A stretch of 64,000 nt of DNA from Eledone cirrhosa. Lineage: Eukaryota. Under the pieces are notes generated by a model, which was given only the letters and a program-made list of their open reading frames with translations, did no database searches and was not told where the DNA came from. Positions 40,793 through 53,774 of the stretch are shown piece after piece. The DNA lies in NCBI GenBank assembly GCA_964016885.1, contig OZ024741.1, forward strand, positions 165,912,001 through 165,976,000. Reading direction: 5' to 3'. The position numbers and the translations under genes were made by a program. Each line of letters starts with the position of its first letter. Positions within the stretch are counted from its first letter, which is position 1.

Positions 40793-41938
40793 TGTATGTA
40801 TGTATGTATGTATGTATGTATGTATGTATGTATGTATGTATGTATGTATGTATGTATGTATGTATGTATGTATGTATGTATGTTACCGATGATGTTGATC
40901 TTTTCTTCTTTTCGGGTTATAGCTACTGTCGCTCAGAGAGTGGGATTGGTTCAGTGCACAGTCTTTCCTCACTTTAAAAAATGTCTTCATGCACAGGCAT
41001 TGCACGATAGATTTAATTAATAATTATTAATAATGGTATATCATGCAATGGCCATACTCGATAACGAGGGGGCAGCCATCATCATCATGTATGTATGTAT
41101 GTATGTATGTATGTATGTATGTATGTATGTATGTATGTATGTGTGCATATATGTGTGCATGTATGTATGTATGTGTATATGCATGTACGTATGTATGCAT
41201 GTATGTGTGTGTGTATGCATGTATGTATGTGTGTATGCATGTATGTATGTGTGTATGCATGTATGCATGTATGTATCCATTATGTATTATGTATGTATGC
41301 ATGTATGTATGTATGCATGTATATATGTATTTATGCATGTATATATCTATGTATGAATGTATGCATATATCTCTATGTCGGTATGTATGTGCGTAAGCAC
41401 GTACGTGCGTATGTATGTATATATGTAGGTATGTATATATGTAGGTATGTATATATGTAGGTATGTATATATGTAGGTATGTATATATGTAGGTATGTAT
41501 ACATGTAGGTATGTATATGTAAGTATGAAAGAACGTTTGCATATATATATATATTCTTAAGTTTATCAATACTAATGTGATGTACGTGTTATCTCGCCAC
41601 CTATATTTCAATGGCTCACTTTATTTCATTTTTAACACGATATTTAACTTTCTTCTTGCTTCTTGTTTTATCTATGTCTCTCATGCTAAAGAAGCACCAC
41701 ACGTTTTCCCTAACGTCACAGAAGTCTCTATGTATCTGTTGTAGCTTAATTGCTATATATTAATGTTTTGTCCCACGTCTCTTGCCCCTATTTTCTCAAA
41801 AATTATATTTGGGTATATATATATGTATTCATTAAAATAACAGATTAAAGTTTAAGCAAAGAACCGCTGCTTTCACCCTTAACGGGATCTTCTGAGCCCA
41901 CTTTGGATTTAGTCTTCACATTTATTATATATATATAT

Positions 41939-42163
41939 GGATTGAGGAAGGCGAGGCTGTGTGGTTACTGATAACGAGTGTTAGAAGGTAAGGCGACACC
42001 AACTTTTATCTATCAACATGGCTTGTTGATAGATAAAAGGCTATGGGCGCGCTATGGATAGATGTTCTGTTTATAATGCGCCGAAACATCCATGATCCGT
42101 AGTAAACAGCTGACGAAGGGAAACTTCCATCTCGTGTTTGTGCCGCCTTACCTTCTAACACCC
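41939..42163 (+). mobile_element. Short (TA)n-flanked element with inverted 5' segment, carrying the reordered hammerhead-like motif (42046-42123)
   Basis: 41978-41998 is inverse to 42141-42161; 16-bp hairpin 42003-42039; GATGT-T-CTGTTTA..GCGCC-GAA-ACATC..TAAACAG-CTGACGA. Confidence 0.7.
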
Positions 42164-42216
<53 letters not shown>

Positions 42217-42223
<7 letters not shown>

Positions 42224-42521
42224 GAGAAGAATGAATACTGCGTGGTTGCACATGGGTTACATATGAAAAAAATAGTCCTTCATCAGTGATTTTCCAACCT
42301 TCATTGGTATTTCATCGCTTTAAAAATCATATACCTCCAGTTGGTGCGAGCAATAGCTAAATAAAGCTATTGGGACAAGTAAATCGCGTAAAGCGAGCGA
42401 GACAAGTAAACAAACATAGAAGGATAGCAACGCAAAGATAGGAAAAAACAAGCCCACGGGAGTCCGATCAGCTTAAGCTGTGTGGATTTCATGAGCGAGA
42501 GACAACAGACCGTGCGACGCA
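42217..42521 (-). mobile_element. (TA)n-flanked element carrying the reordered hammerhead-like motif (42275-42376); truncated copy at 56308-56393
   Basis: RC: GTCC-hairpin-TCGC-A-CCAACT-GGA-GGTAT-A-TGATTTT..GCGA-T-GAA-ATACC..GGTTGG-AAAATCA-CTGATGA-A-GGAC. Confidence 0.7.
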
Positions 42522-42776
42522 TATATATATATATATATAAGCTAGGGTGTGGTAAAAAAACGGATGGACCATAACCCACCAGAGTACTGAATACTTGGGG
42601 TATTAGAGGGGGTAATATGAAAAGATTCAGGAAGGACCCCGACGGCTGAGCTCCGACCATTTCGAAAGTTAGATCAGAACTAAAGCGCTAGATTCCCGCC
42701 TTCGAATACTGGCGCCTTATTTCGGAACTAGCTGTCGAAACGCCCGGATCTCAGCCGTCGGGGTCCTGAATCTTTT

Positions 42777-42811
<35 letters not shown>

Positions 42812-42965
42812 ATAAATTAACGGAGGCATAGGCCCTCGCTATTCCCTGTAAATAGTGAGCTCAAAGGGGAAGAGATCCTGAGCTCTTTAAAATACAATAT
42901 GTTGAAAAGGTATTTATTGATAACGCACTGTAATATCTCTCTCTGGTGTCTTACCTTTTCAACAT

Positions 42966-43027
<62 letters not shown>

Positions 43028-43258
43028 TTTAAAAGAATCGAAGTCATTGTTGCAGCATATGTAAAAACTTTATTTGAATATTACAGTTATTTCGGTATCG
43101 ATCAACTCAAGGTGCTTCAAAAAATTCGATATCAATGACCTGTTTCGAAGGTTGTCACATTAAAATATATATTATGAATTCGTGTTATAATGTTGACAAA
43201 TTTTGAGGAATACATCTTCTGTTGCTCAACATTAAGCTTTCTCAGTCTTGTCCTAGAC

Positions 43259-43565
43259 CAGGGGTGTGCAACATATTCCATTGGCGGACCACTTTTGAAC
43301 ATTGGAACAACTATTAAGGCCATTAATATTTATTAAGCACTATTCCATAGATTCACCACAACTTCTTTCCGTAACATGGAATTAGGAAATTATAACAAAC
43401 ATAACCCTATCAGTGAAGCACTTTAGTATAGATCAACTGAGAGAAAATTGTTAGCAAAAAAATTCTAGGTCTACTAGGTAAAAATTATAAACGGTCATCG
43501 CGGGCCACCTTGACTGGTCTGGCGGGCCGGATTTTGGCCCGCGGGCCGCCTGTTGCACACCCCTG
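43259..43565. mobile_element. hAT/Charlie-like MITE
   Basis: Perfect 14-bp TIR CAGGGGTGTGCAAC / GTTGCACACCCCTG; subterminal GGCCCGCGGGCCG. Confidence 0.8.
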
Positions 43566-43934
43566 GTTTAGAATTTTTAGTTTCTGGGATATTTACGTCT
43601 TAAATGACATCAAATTTTTTGAAACACCCTGTATAACAACAGAAAATGTACAATGTCACGCATTAAGGTGGTACTGCACTTGTAATGATGTCAGCTTGTG
43701 CAACAGATCTGAGTTCGCCATTTTGGTGTGATGCATACAAGACGATAACTAAACAAAGGATAAGCAGGAAAAATTTACGGGTATCTTTCAAACCAAAAAG
43801 GATACTTACGTAAAAATGTACAACTAGAATTAAATAGAAAACAGACTGTGTATCTAAATATGGAACACAAGACGCCAGAAGTAGGAAAAAAATTGACTTT
43901 CGTCGTTGAAATGCGAGATTATGTTCGTTACATA

Positions 43935-43992
<58 letters not shown>

Positions 43993-44417
43993 TACGCCCC
44001 CCCCCCCACACACACACATGCATATATATGTATATATATATATAGAGAGAGAGAGAGTGAGAAACATCCATATATATATATGATTTATATATACTCACAC
44101 CATATATATACACATAGACATATACAACACACACACACGCACACATAGACACACATATATAAGTAGTGTAGTTAATTTTGTAAGGAATATTCTAAGTTGG
44201 GGTAGAACTGAATCCGTGGAATGAGTTGTAACACAGATATCTATTATACTAATTATGCTGCTATTTATGTACAAATGTTTCTTCGGTCTGCCTCTTTCAA
44301 ATTTCTCTCAAATTCTCAGTTTATATAGTTAGTGTAATATATATATATATATTTGTGTGTGTGTGTGTATGTATATATATATACATACATACACACAAAT
44401 ATATATATATAGAGTAA

Positions 44418-44572
44418 TAATAATTGTTTCTACTTTTGGCACAAGGCCAGCAAAAACCCAGTGTATTACTGGTACTTTATTTTATCGACCCCGTAAGGAT
44501 GAAAGGCAAAGTTAACCTCGGCGGGATTTGAACTCAGAATGGCAAGGGCCGTTACTCTATGCGTCAAAGCAT
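44418..44572 (-). mobile_element. tRNA-derived SINE whose head is cut at the Penelope-like insertion
   Basis: Family core; sequence switches to inverted pLTR at ~44573. Confidence 0.75.
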
Positions 44573-44809
44573 GTGAAGACTAAAATCCAAAGAGGGCTTC
44601 ATAAGGATAAATATATATCAAATATATAAGAACCCTAGAGCAAATATTTATTAAAATACAGTTTCAGAAGATCCCGTTAAGATTGAAAGCAGCGATTCTT
44701 TGCTTAAACTTTAATCTGTTATTTTAATATATATATATATATATATATTTATTAAAATAACAGATTAAAGTTTAAGCAAAGAATCGCTGCTTTCACCCTT
44801 AACGGGATC

Positions 44810-44847
<38 letters not shown>

Positions 44848-45212
44848 TAACAGATTAAAGTTTAAGCAAAGAATCGCTGCTTTCACCCTTAACGGGATCT
44901 TCTGAAACTAACAAAGTCAATCTGTAAACGCAGAACTGGATATTTCAAAAAACGTTGCAACCGGAGGAGGACAGGAAGACGATACTTTGGTTCGTGGAAA
45001 CGTTCGCTGGCGAAGAACGGGAAAAAACGAATAATACGTCATTAATAGGAGTGGTGAAAAACATTTACGCGCAAAGACAGAACCACGTTTATGGTATAAA
45101 AGAGGTCGTAGACTAATGTTCTATTAGGTGGTGCATAGAGACGTTCTCTGGCAATGAACGAAAAAACGAAGATAATACGTCATATGTGGAGCGTGGAGAA
45201 CAATAGCACACT

Positions 45213-45657
45213 AACTGTAATTGTAGGAATCGGGCTGATTGCCCCCTATCCGGGAAATGCCTCTCTAGTAACATTGTCTACAAATGTAAGGTTGTAACAT
45301 CCACGTCCCGAAGGGCCTACATAGGGTTAACCGCCAATAGTTTCAAGCAGCGTCTTTACATGCATACCCATTCTTTTCGTTACCCTCTAAGAAGGAATTT
45401 GACGTCACTTTCAGCTTATATCTGGAGTCTAAAAGACAACCACACCTAATATAAGTTACACTGGGAGATCCTAGCTAGGGCTAGATCGTATAACGGAAAT
45501 AAAAGACCATGTGACCTCTGCGCCGCTGAGGCCCTGGAAATACTCTACGCCGCAGACCACATCTTAAACAAAAAATCTGAGGCAATTTCGGCTTGTAAAC
45601 ATAAATTGCACAAAACTTTCCTGTATTACAGCCCCACGTTATACCCTAACGGATAGT
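45213..45657 (+). pseudogene. Penelope GIY-YIG endonuclease remnant (absent from the ORF track)
   Basis: Manual translation NCNCRNRADCPLSGKCLSSNIVYKCKV..AYIGLTANSFKQRLYMH..SF..TSLSAYIWSLKD(stop)..WEILARA..CDLCAAE..LNKKSE..SACKH. Confidence 0.85.
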
Positions 45658-46564
45658 ACGATCTATACGTGGATATTTTACGTCTTGATGTGGGAGCTAA
45701 GTATATGTTTTGTTTATTCCTTTACTTATTTGCATAGGTAAGTATATACTACCCGTATGTTTTGTGAAGGTACGTATACCTTCTCGTACGTATATTTGAT
45801 TGCTATGGCGTATAATTTTATATATTCTGGTACATAGGGTTTGGCTATGTGTATACGGGAGTTTTTGCGTCTGTGTGATTATGTAGGTTCGTACGTATGG
45901 TGGGTGTGTGTATATGTGTACTTCTTGTTTTAGTTGACTTACGTCTCCGAACATTCGTGTATTTATATGTACATATGTGTGTGCGCTTGTTATATACGTA
46001 TTTATTTGTTTATATACGTTTATATAATTATTTATTTATTTGTATACACGCATACACACACACACATATTTATATGTGCGTGGTTTTGTATACCTATGGT
46101 AAAGTTTTGCGTATGCTTGTGTATGTACGTTTTTATTTGCGTGTATGTATTTATTTATTACTTCTGTATTGTATTTATTTACTTTGTTCTTAACTCTGTA
46201 GCGGAGATTCATTCGGTCTCCTAGTTAGAATTTTAGTCTACGACTTCTGCTATACCATTTACGTGGTTTTGTCTTTGCGTGCTATTGTTCTCCACGCTCC
46301 ACATATGACGTATTATCTTCGTTTTTTCGTTCATTGCCAGAGAACGTCTCTATGCACCACCTAAGAGAACATTAGTCTACGACCTCTTTTATACCATAAA
46401 CGTGGTTCTGTCTTTGCGCGTAATTGTTTTTCACCGCTCCTATTAATGACGTATTATATTCGTTTTTTCCCGTTCTTTGCCCGCGAACGTCACCATGAAC
46501 CAAAGTATCGTCTTCCTGTCTTCCTCCGGTTGCAACGTTTTTTGAAATATCCAGTTCAGCGTTT

Positions 46565-46640
46565 ACAGATTGACTTTGTTAGTTTCAGAAGATCCCGTTA
46601 AGGGTGAAAGCAGCGATTCTTTGCTTAAACTTTAATCTGT
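46565..46640 (+). ncRNA. Type I hammerhead with CAGAAGA (U4A) core in the pLTR
   Basis: ACAGATTGA..AGTTT-CAGAAGA-T-CCC-GTTAA-GGG-T-GAAA-GCA..TGC-TT-AAACT-TTAATCTGT. Confidence 0.7.
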
Positions 46641-46738
46641 TATTTTAATAAATATTTGCTCTACGGTTCTTATATATTTGATATATATTTATCCTTATCG
46701 AGCCCTCTTTGGATTTTAGTCTTCAAATTTATTATTAT

Positions 46739-46799
<61 letters not shown>

Positions 46800-46927
46800 A
46801 GAAGTTATATTTAATTTGTTGGGATACAACAATTTGTTGGGGTACAACTATCCGGGAGCTTCCAACCGACATGGTTGCATTCTTTAAGGGTATGTCAATA
46901 TTTGTTTATAAAACTGATCTATATTAT

Positions 46928-46990
46928 ATTTTATCTGATGAAAGCGCACCATAATTTGCTTTGGTGTCCTTGAAATATGTATAATGAAAT
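46928..46990 (+). ncRNA. Type I hammerhead (family A, diverged)
   Basis: ATTTTAT-CTGATGA-AAGCGCACCA..TGGTGTCCTT-GAAA-TATGTA-TA-ATGAAAT. Confidence 0.65.
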
Positions 46991-47025
46991 ATATATGGTT
47001 TTATAAATATAGTTTCCATTTGTTA

Positions 47026-47093
<68 letters not shown>

Positions 47094-47272
47094 TTGGGAG
47101 AAAAATAAATATATGTGTGTGTATATATATATATATATATATACACACACATATATTTATTTTTCTCCCAAATTGCTGACTGAAAGTACACGTGCTTTTT
47201 CTAAAAAATATGTTTCTGTTCCTTCCTCTTCTCATTTCTATCTTTCTATTATATCTTTTATTTCTCATTCTA

Positions 47273-47310
47273 TCTTCTGATGAAGGATTTGTGTCCGAAG
47301 CGCAAAAATT
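47273..47310 (+). ncRNA. Decayed minimal hammerhead
   Basis: CTGATGA-A-GGA-TTTGTG-TCC-GAAG; GAAA and cleavage site mutated. Confidence 0.35.
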
Positions 47311-47598
47311 CTATATCAAGCGTTAAATTAATATATTCCTTCATTGTACTGTGTTGTTTAGATTTACCATTTGTATACACACGCGCGCGCGCGCATACAT
47401 TTATGTTTTACATACTAAACATTCACCAAATGTGAGTCTCATATACTGTTTATAGAGTCAAAATAATACACTGGTATTAATTGTGACTTTTCTTTCGAAG
47501 TTTCGCTCGACACACATCTTCATGCGTTAGATACGGGAGTACTGAGTACAACTGACACTAATTTGTAATTATAGTAATAAATTGACACAAAGATATGT

Positions 47599-47650
<52 letters not shown>

Positions 47651-47800
47651 GAATATATATATATATGAATATATATATATATATAAGGGTTAAAATATTG
47701 GAGCGTGTTGGAGTTAAACACCCTCTTCGTATTATAGAAATGACAGTAAAAGGTATAGCTCAATGTAGTTAAACAGAGCCGAATATATTTATATATATAA

Positions 47801-47885
<85 letters not shown>

Positions 47886-47923
47886 TATATATATATATAT
47901 ATATATGAATATATATATATACA

Positions 47924-47965
<42 letters not shown>

Positions 47966-48130
47966 TCCTGATAAACATTGATGGTCGAATAAATTAACTA
48001 TGGTGATATAAAAGATGCAGAAGCTAAAACCAACCAAACAGTGAGTGTGTTCTGTTATTATTTCTGGCAATATTATTACAACAATATCATCCTCCCCAAG
48101 TATAACAAAATGTATATATATATATATATA

Positions 48131-48690
48131 ACCCTTCTGGATTATCTCCCTTTCCCTTCCCCCCACTTCTGGTTGCCCGTGTCTCTCTCTCACTTTCTCC
48201 TGTCTATGTGAGAGGCAGCACGATTATACCAGCTCTGAGTCGTAGCTGACCACCAGGCTAAAGTCTCCCAGGTTGGCCACAACTTACTTTCCCGATTTTT
48301 CCACGGTTACTTGTTTGCGTGTTTCTTTCACCTGTGTCTTCCCACGATGGGATCTGCACACTTTTTTCTTCTATTGCTTTCCTATTTTTCCCCCTTCTTC
48401 CTCTCTCCTCATCCTTTTCCCCCCTGTTCTTCCTCCTTTCCCTCTCTTTCCTTTTCTCTCTCCCTTTGTTCTCTCTTTCCCTCTCCTTTTCCACCTGGCC
48501 CTTTGATTAATAAAAGGCCTCGGACGCACCCGCACTACACCGATGTCCTGTAATTCAGCGCCGAAACATCGGTTCGGGAAACATTTACAGCTGACGATGG
48601 AAACTCCTTTCTTCCTTTCTCCTCCTGTTTTGTCCTAACCACCATACTAAACCTTGTTTTTAGTAACCACACAGCTCCTTTCGTTTCATA

Positions 48691-48695
<5 letters not shown>
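48131..48695 (+). mobile_element. 5'-truncated copy of the 33047-33922 element; motif at 48488-48603
   Basis: High similarity to 33348-33915; (TA)n on both flanks. Confidence 0.85.
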
Positions 48696-48739
<44 letters not shown>

Positions 48740-48978
48740 CCGGCCTGGGTGGGGCTGATTGATTTGTTTTTGGTGGAGGGCTGGGGGACCTTGCTTAGAC
48801 TAGTTTCGTTGTTTTGTGGTAGTAGTTAGATGGTCAACTTCCTTCACATTTGCGCCTGCGCAAAGCTGTGGAGGTGGATTGGGGTTCACAAGGGAACGGG
48901 CGAAGGCTTCAAGAACATCATATTTGTCCGTTCCCTAGTCGTTTCAATTTGGATTGCCTCGAGAACCTCACTTATTAT

Positions 48979-49066
48979 GTAAGAAGCTGTCTGATGAGAT
49001 CATGGCACTGGGTACGCGGTTTCGCGTGGCCACTGTCGTCATTGAAATATGTATCACAGCCTTATC
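48979..49066 (+). ncRNA. Type I hammerhead with long stem II (family D)
   Basis: GCTGT-CTGATGA-GAT..ATGGCA..TACGCG-GTTT-CGCGTG..TGTCGT..ATT-GAAA-TATGTA-TC-ACAGC. Confidence 0.75.
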
Positions 49067-49460
49067 AATAAAGGACTTTAACATCTAAAACTATGATATC
49101 CTTCGAATGAAACAGTTCTAGTCCTGTAGAAGCCATTTCTATATTAAATTTGTTGTATACACTCTACTAATGTATTGAGTACCTTACTGTGGTTACTCCC
49201 CATTGAACCCGGGACTCACAAACACATATATATATATATGTGTGTGTGTGTGTATGTGTGTGTGTATCTATATATCTATAAATGTATATATGTATATATG
49301 TATATATGTGTATCTATATATCTATATATCTAGATATCTAGATATCATGTAAATACATGATATTTAGTTTGTAATTAACATACCATCTCTACTAGATGTA
49401 TTGAGTACCTTACTTTTTATTGTGGTTCTTTTTATTCCTAATAGAATCATTTACGTTATT

Positions 49461-49538
<78 letters not shown>

Positions 49539-49808
49539 TATAAATGTATAAATGTATATATGTATATATGTATATATGTATATATGTATATATGTATATA
49601 TGTGTATATATATATCTATATATCTTTATATGTATGTACAAGTATGTATGTACAAGTGTGTGTGTGTGTGTGTGTGAGTGTGTGTATATCTATAAATGTA
49701 TATATGTATATATGTATATATGTATATATGTGTATCTATATATCTATATATCTTTATATATATGTACAAGTATGTATGTACAAGTATGTATGTACAAGTA
49801 TGTAAGTA

Positions 49809-49890
<82 letters not shown>

Positions 49891-50719
49891 TGCTACCTGT
49901 TTATCTTTACTATGTATCTATCTTTCCCTCTATATATCCCTTTCATTACTACCTAGCCACCCACCTCTCACATTACCAGTCTGTCTGTCTATCGTACTAC
50001 CGTTTTATATATCTGCCTATTAATCACCCACCAACCTATTTATCTATCTTCTCATGTAATGAGTATAATTATGGAGAGCAGCATCATAGAACATGTAACA
50101 TAGATGCGGCGGTAATTATAGGTGTAGCTAGTAAAGGATGTCAGATAATGGGTGTTAGTCCAGCCCAGTACTGATGAACATCTTACAATAAACGTACAGT
50201 TATTTCGTGTTATTAGAACCTTCATCAATGGGGTGTAAACTAGTTTCGTGTAGTGAGTAGTTAATCTTCTAACAACTGTCTGTGTCATGTTTAAATAACC
50301 AACAGAAATACATGAACACTTTACTTATGGCTTGTTCACAACATGAACCTTAACATTTCAGGGACTCCATGATTGATGGGACGGAAAGAGGAAGGAAATG
50401 GCCACTGTGACTGCTGGAGGTAGGAATGAAAGGAAAGAGGTTCTTGAGCATTATCAGGACCTCTGATGGGCTTCCACATAGTTTCTGTCTAACAAATTGC
50501 ACTATCAGGGCTTGATATAAACATTAAACCAAAGATGCTGTTCAGTGAGAATGAATCTGAAGCTAGAGAGTTACGCAACGAATTTCTTAACCCTACGGGA
50601 ATGCTTTTACGATCTTGTCCGTGGGGAGCAGCCCCGACACCGCCGCGCTCTAGGCCTAGACTCCATAAATACGTTCAACTTAGTTGCCGTGATTATCGAT
50701 GGTAATACTAAAAATATTT

Positions 50720-51360
50720 AAAATAAAGTACCAGTAGTTTATTTAATCGACTTTCTCCCCACCCCAAACTGTTGGCCTTGTGCCTAAATTAGAAACCATT
50801 ATTGATGGCACTGATCCGCAAGTATATAATGGTTTGTAACATAGGCACAAGGCCAGAAACTTTGGAGGATGGTGAAGTTGATTGCATTGATCCAGTACTT
50901 CACTAGTACTTTATTTTATCAACCCCGGAGATATGAAGGGTGAAGTTGACTTTAGTGGGATTTGAACTCAGAACCAAGAGTGTCGTAACAAGATACCGCA
51001 GAGCATTTTACCCGACGCTCTACCGATACTGTTATACGCATCAAGAACAGCTAGAATGACTTTAATGCTAACTCTATGTCACTCTTGCTAAACAACATAT
51101 AATTGTTTCTACTTTAGGTACAAGGCCAGCAATTACCCAGAGCATTATAATGGTTTCTTACATAAGCACAATGCCAGCGATTCTGGGGAAGGGGAAAGTC
51201 GATTAAATCGACCCCAGTGCGTGACTGGTACTTTATTTTATCGACCCCGTAAGGATGAAAGGCAAAGTTAACCTCAGCGGGATTTGAACTCAGATCATAA
51301 AGGGCCGTAACTCTATGCTGCGAAGTATGGCGTCCGACGCTCTAACGATACTGCTATACG
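50720..51360. mobile_element. Cluster of tRNA-SINE copies and fragments
   Basis: Family cores at ~50720, ~50900 and ~51230. Confidence 0.75.
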
Positions 51361-51659
51361 CACCAAGAACAGCTAGAATGCCTGTATAATTCCAACTCTA
51401 TGTCACTCTTGCTAAACAACATATAATAAATACGATACCATATACTTTTCTTTCTTCCTGTATACTTTCACTTTCTTGATGTTTTTACTTTTAGATTTCC
51501 CCCCCCAATTTGTTATACATAACATTCTGTTGGACTTCCGTCAGTTCTCATGATGACTGTTCCAGTTATTTGAATAATATTGGGTCATCAAGTATGAAAT
51601 TTGTAGATATTTGTAGAAAAAGAACAAATTTCTACAAATTTCATACTTGACGACCCAAT

Positions 51660-52120
51660 AGTACAGCCTGCTTGTGAAATAACTGAGCATGCAAATAACT
51701 GAACATCTCATACGCATGTATCCTTGATATCATTCTCAGAGAAACTCAACGTTACACAATGTGTGATAAAATTGTATCGGACTCAAACACGTGAAATAAA
51801 GGGTCTTGCACAAAGACACAACGAGCCGCTGGGAATTGAACGCACAAAGGTACAGTCGTGGGCCGTTCGTCTGCACACTAAATACGGATATAGACTGGCA
51901 CTCCGTCGGTTACGACGACGAGTGTTCCAATTGATCCGATCAACGGAACAACCTGCTCATGAAATTAAGGTGCAAGTGACTGAGCATTCCACAGACACAT
52001 GTACCCTTAACGTATTTCTCAGGGAGATTCAGCGTGACACCAAACACGACAAGGCTCTGGCCCTTCAAATTACAGGTACAACTCATTTTTGCCAGCTGAG
52101 TGGACTGGAACAACGTGATA
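51660..52120 (-). mobile_element. Second SINE family, two copies; fragments also at 23065-23280, 38290-38380, 58165-58260
   Basis: Shared CCTGCT(C/T)(A/G)TGAAATTAA..GAGCATTCCACAG..AGGGAGATTCAGCGTGACAC. Confidence 0.65.
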
Positions 52121-52374
52121 TTTTACTTTCTTCTTGATTTTTTTTATTCCTTTCTTCTTTTTTCTTCCTTTTTTCCCTTTGTTTTACCTAAGACTCTCGT
52201 GTTAAAAGAAGCACCACACTTTTTCCCTAATGTCACCAGAAATTTCTATGAGTATTTGTTGTAGCTTAATTCCTATAAATGTTTGTCCCTCGTCTCTTAT
52301 TCCCATTTTGTCAAAAATTATATTTTGGTATATATATATATATATATATATATATCCAAATATAATTTTTGACA

Positions 52375-52468
<94 letters not shown>

Positions 52469-52598
52469 GGCAATTCCAAAGGAAAAGCAAAGGAAATAAG
52501 AGTGCTCTATGTATAGAATAGAGCTATTTAATTAGAAATTGAACAACACAAAATATAACTACTTCATTACCAAAGGTTACCTTTGGTTGTTCACTTTG

Positions 52599-52654
<56 letters not shown>

Positions 52655-53774
52655 GGTGGATTCTCAATGGCAGTGACTAAAGTTAAAAAAGGAACCCAAT
52701 ACGTTAGTAGATTATAGGTATTTTTATTTTTTTCACAGAAATTACTTCTACATATACAAATGACTTCTCTTTCTATATGTATATAAATAATAAATGTCTT
52801 ACTCAAGGACACAACGCACCGCCGGGAACCGAACTCACGACAGTAAGCCGAATACCTTAACCAGGCGTTTTCACAAATACGGATATTACAATTTTACAAA
52901 TGTCATATATATTTAGTTTTACAGATATATATTTTTTTTTGAAATCATTTTACTTTGATCAATTCCTAAATTCTTTGCCGCAATCGTGACGACGAATGAG
53001 AAACTAATCTGAGTCTAGTGAGAACATGTGATGTTTATCGACTTTCCTAGACAAAATTATATTCCACAGACACAATCTGATGGGAGTAAGTGTGCAGAAA
53101 GCGTGTACGTTGGATATTTGTTTTGTTATATTTGTATTTTAAGTTGTCGGCCATTGTTCTATTCTTTGATCTGCAATCATGTGATAAATTAGATATATCA
53201 CACATATAATGTTATACTAACTTAATAACACGCAGAAACTATCACAGCCGATATAAAATATAAATGAAGCCGTGTACTTTCATGTTGCTGATATCAAAAG
53301 TTGTTTAACGTTTCCTCCATAAACATATATATATATATATATGACTGATTGTGCTTAGCATTTCATATTTGTTCTGGATCTCAGCGTTCTGAGTTCAAAT
53401 ACCGCCGCAACCCACTTTGCCGTTTATCCTTTCAGGGTCGATAAAGAAAGTACCAACCCTCTGCTGGTGCGGCTCTCTTTCAATCCAGCTGTCACAACCT
53501 GGATATTCTGCTTAATCAAAGGAGAGAGGATCGAGGAGATATCTGTGTATGTTCTCGACAGTATGGGGATCTAAAACCCTCAGCAAAATTGGACAATTCA
53601 TAATCCTCCACAGAAAATCCTTCGAAAGGAACTTTTCGGTAGAACCTAAGGCCAGTCATGATCAAAAGAGGTGGGTTTTACACTCATACCCGCCCACTCA
53701 TATACATATACTCTATGTATGTATGTATGTATGTATGTATGTATGTATGTATGTATGTATGTATGTACACACGC

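Larger units (their letters stand above)
44573..46735 (+). mobile_element. 5'-truncated Penelope-like element with inverted 5' pLTR
   Basis: 44841-45210 is inverse to ~46280-46650; 44573-44660 is inverse to 46645-46726; GIY-YIG remnant lies between. Confidence 0.85.
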
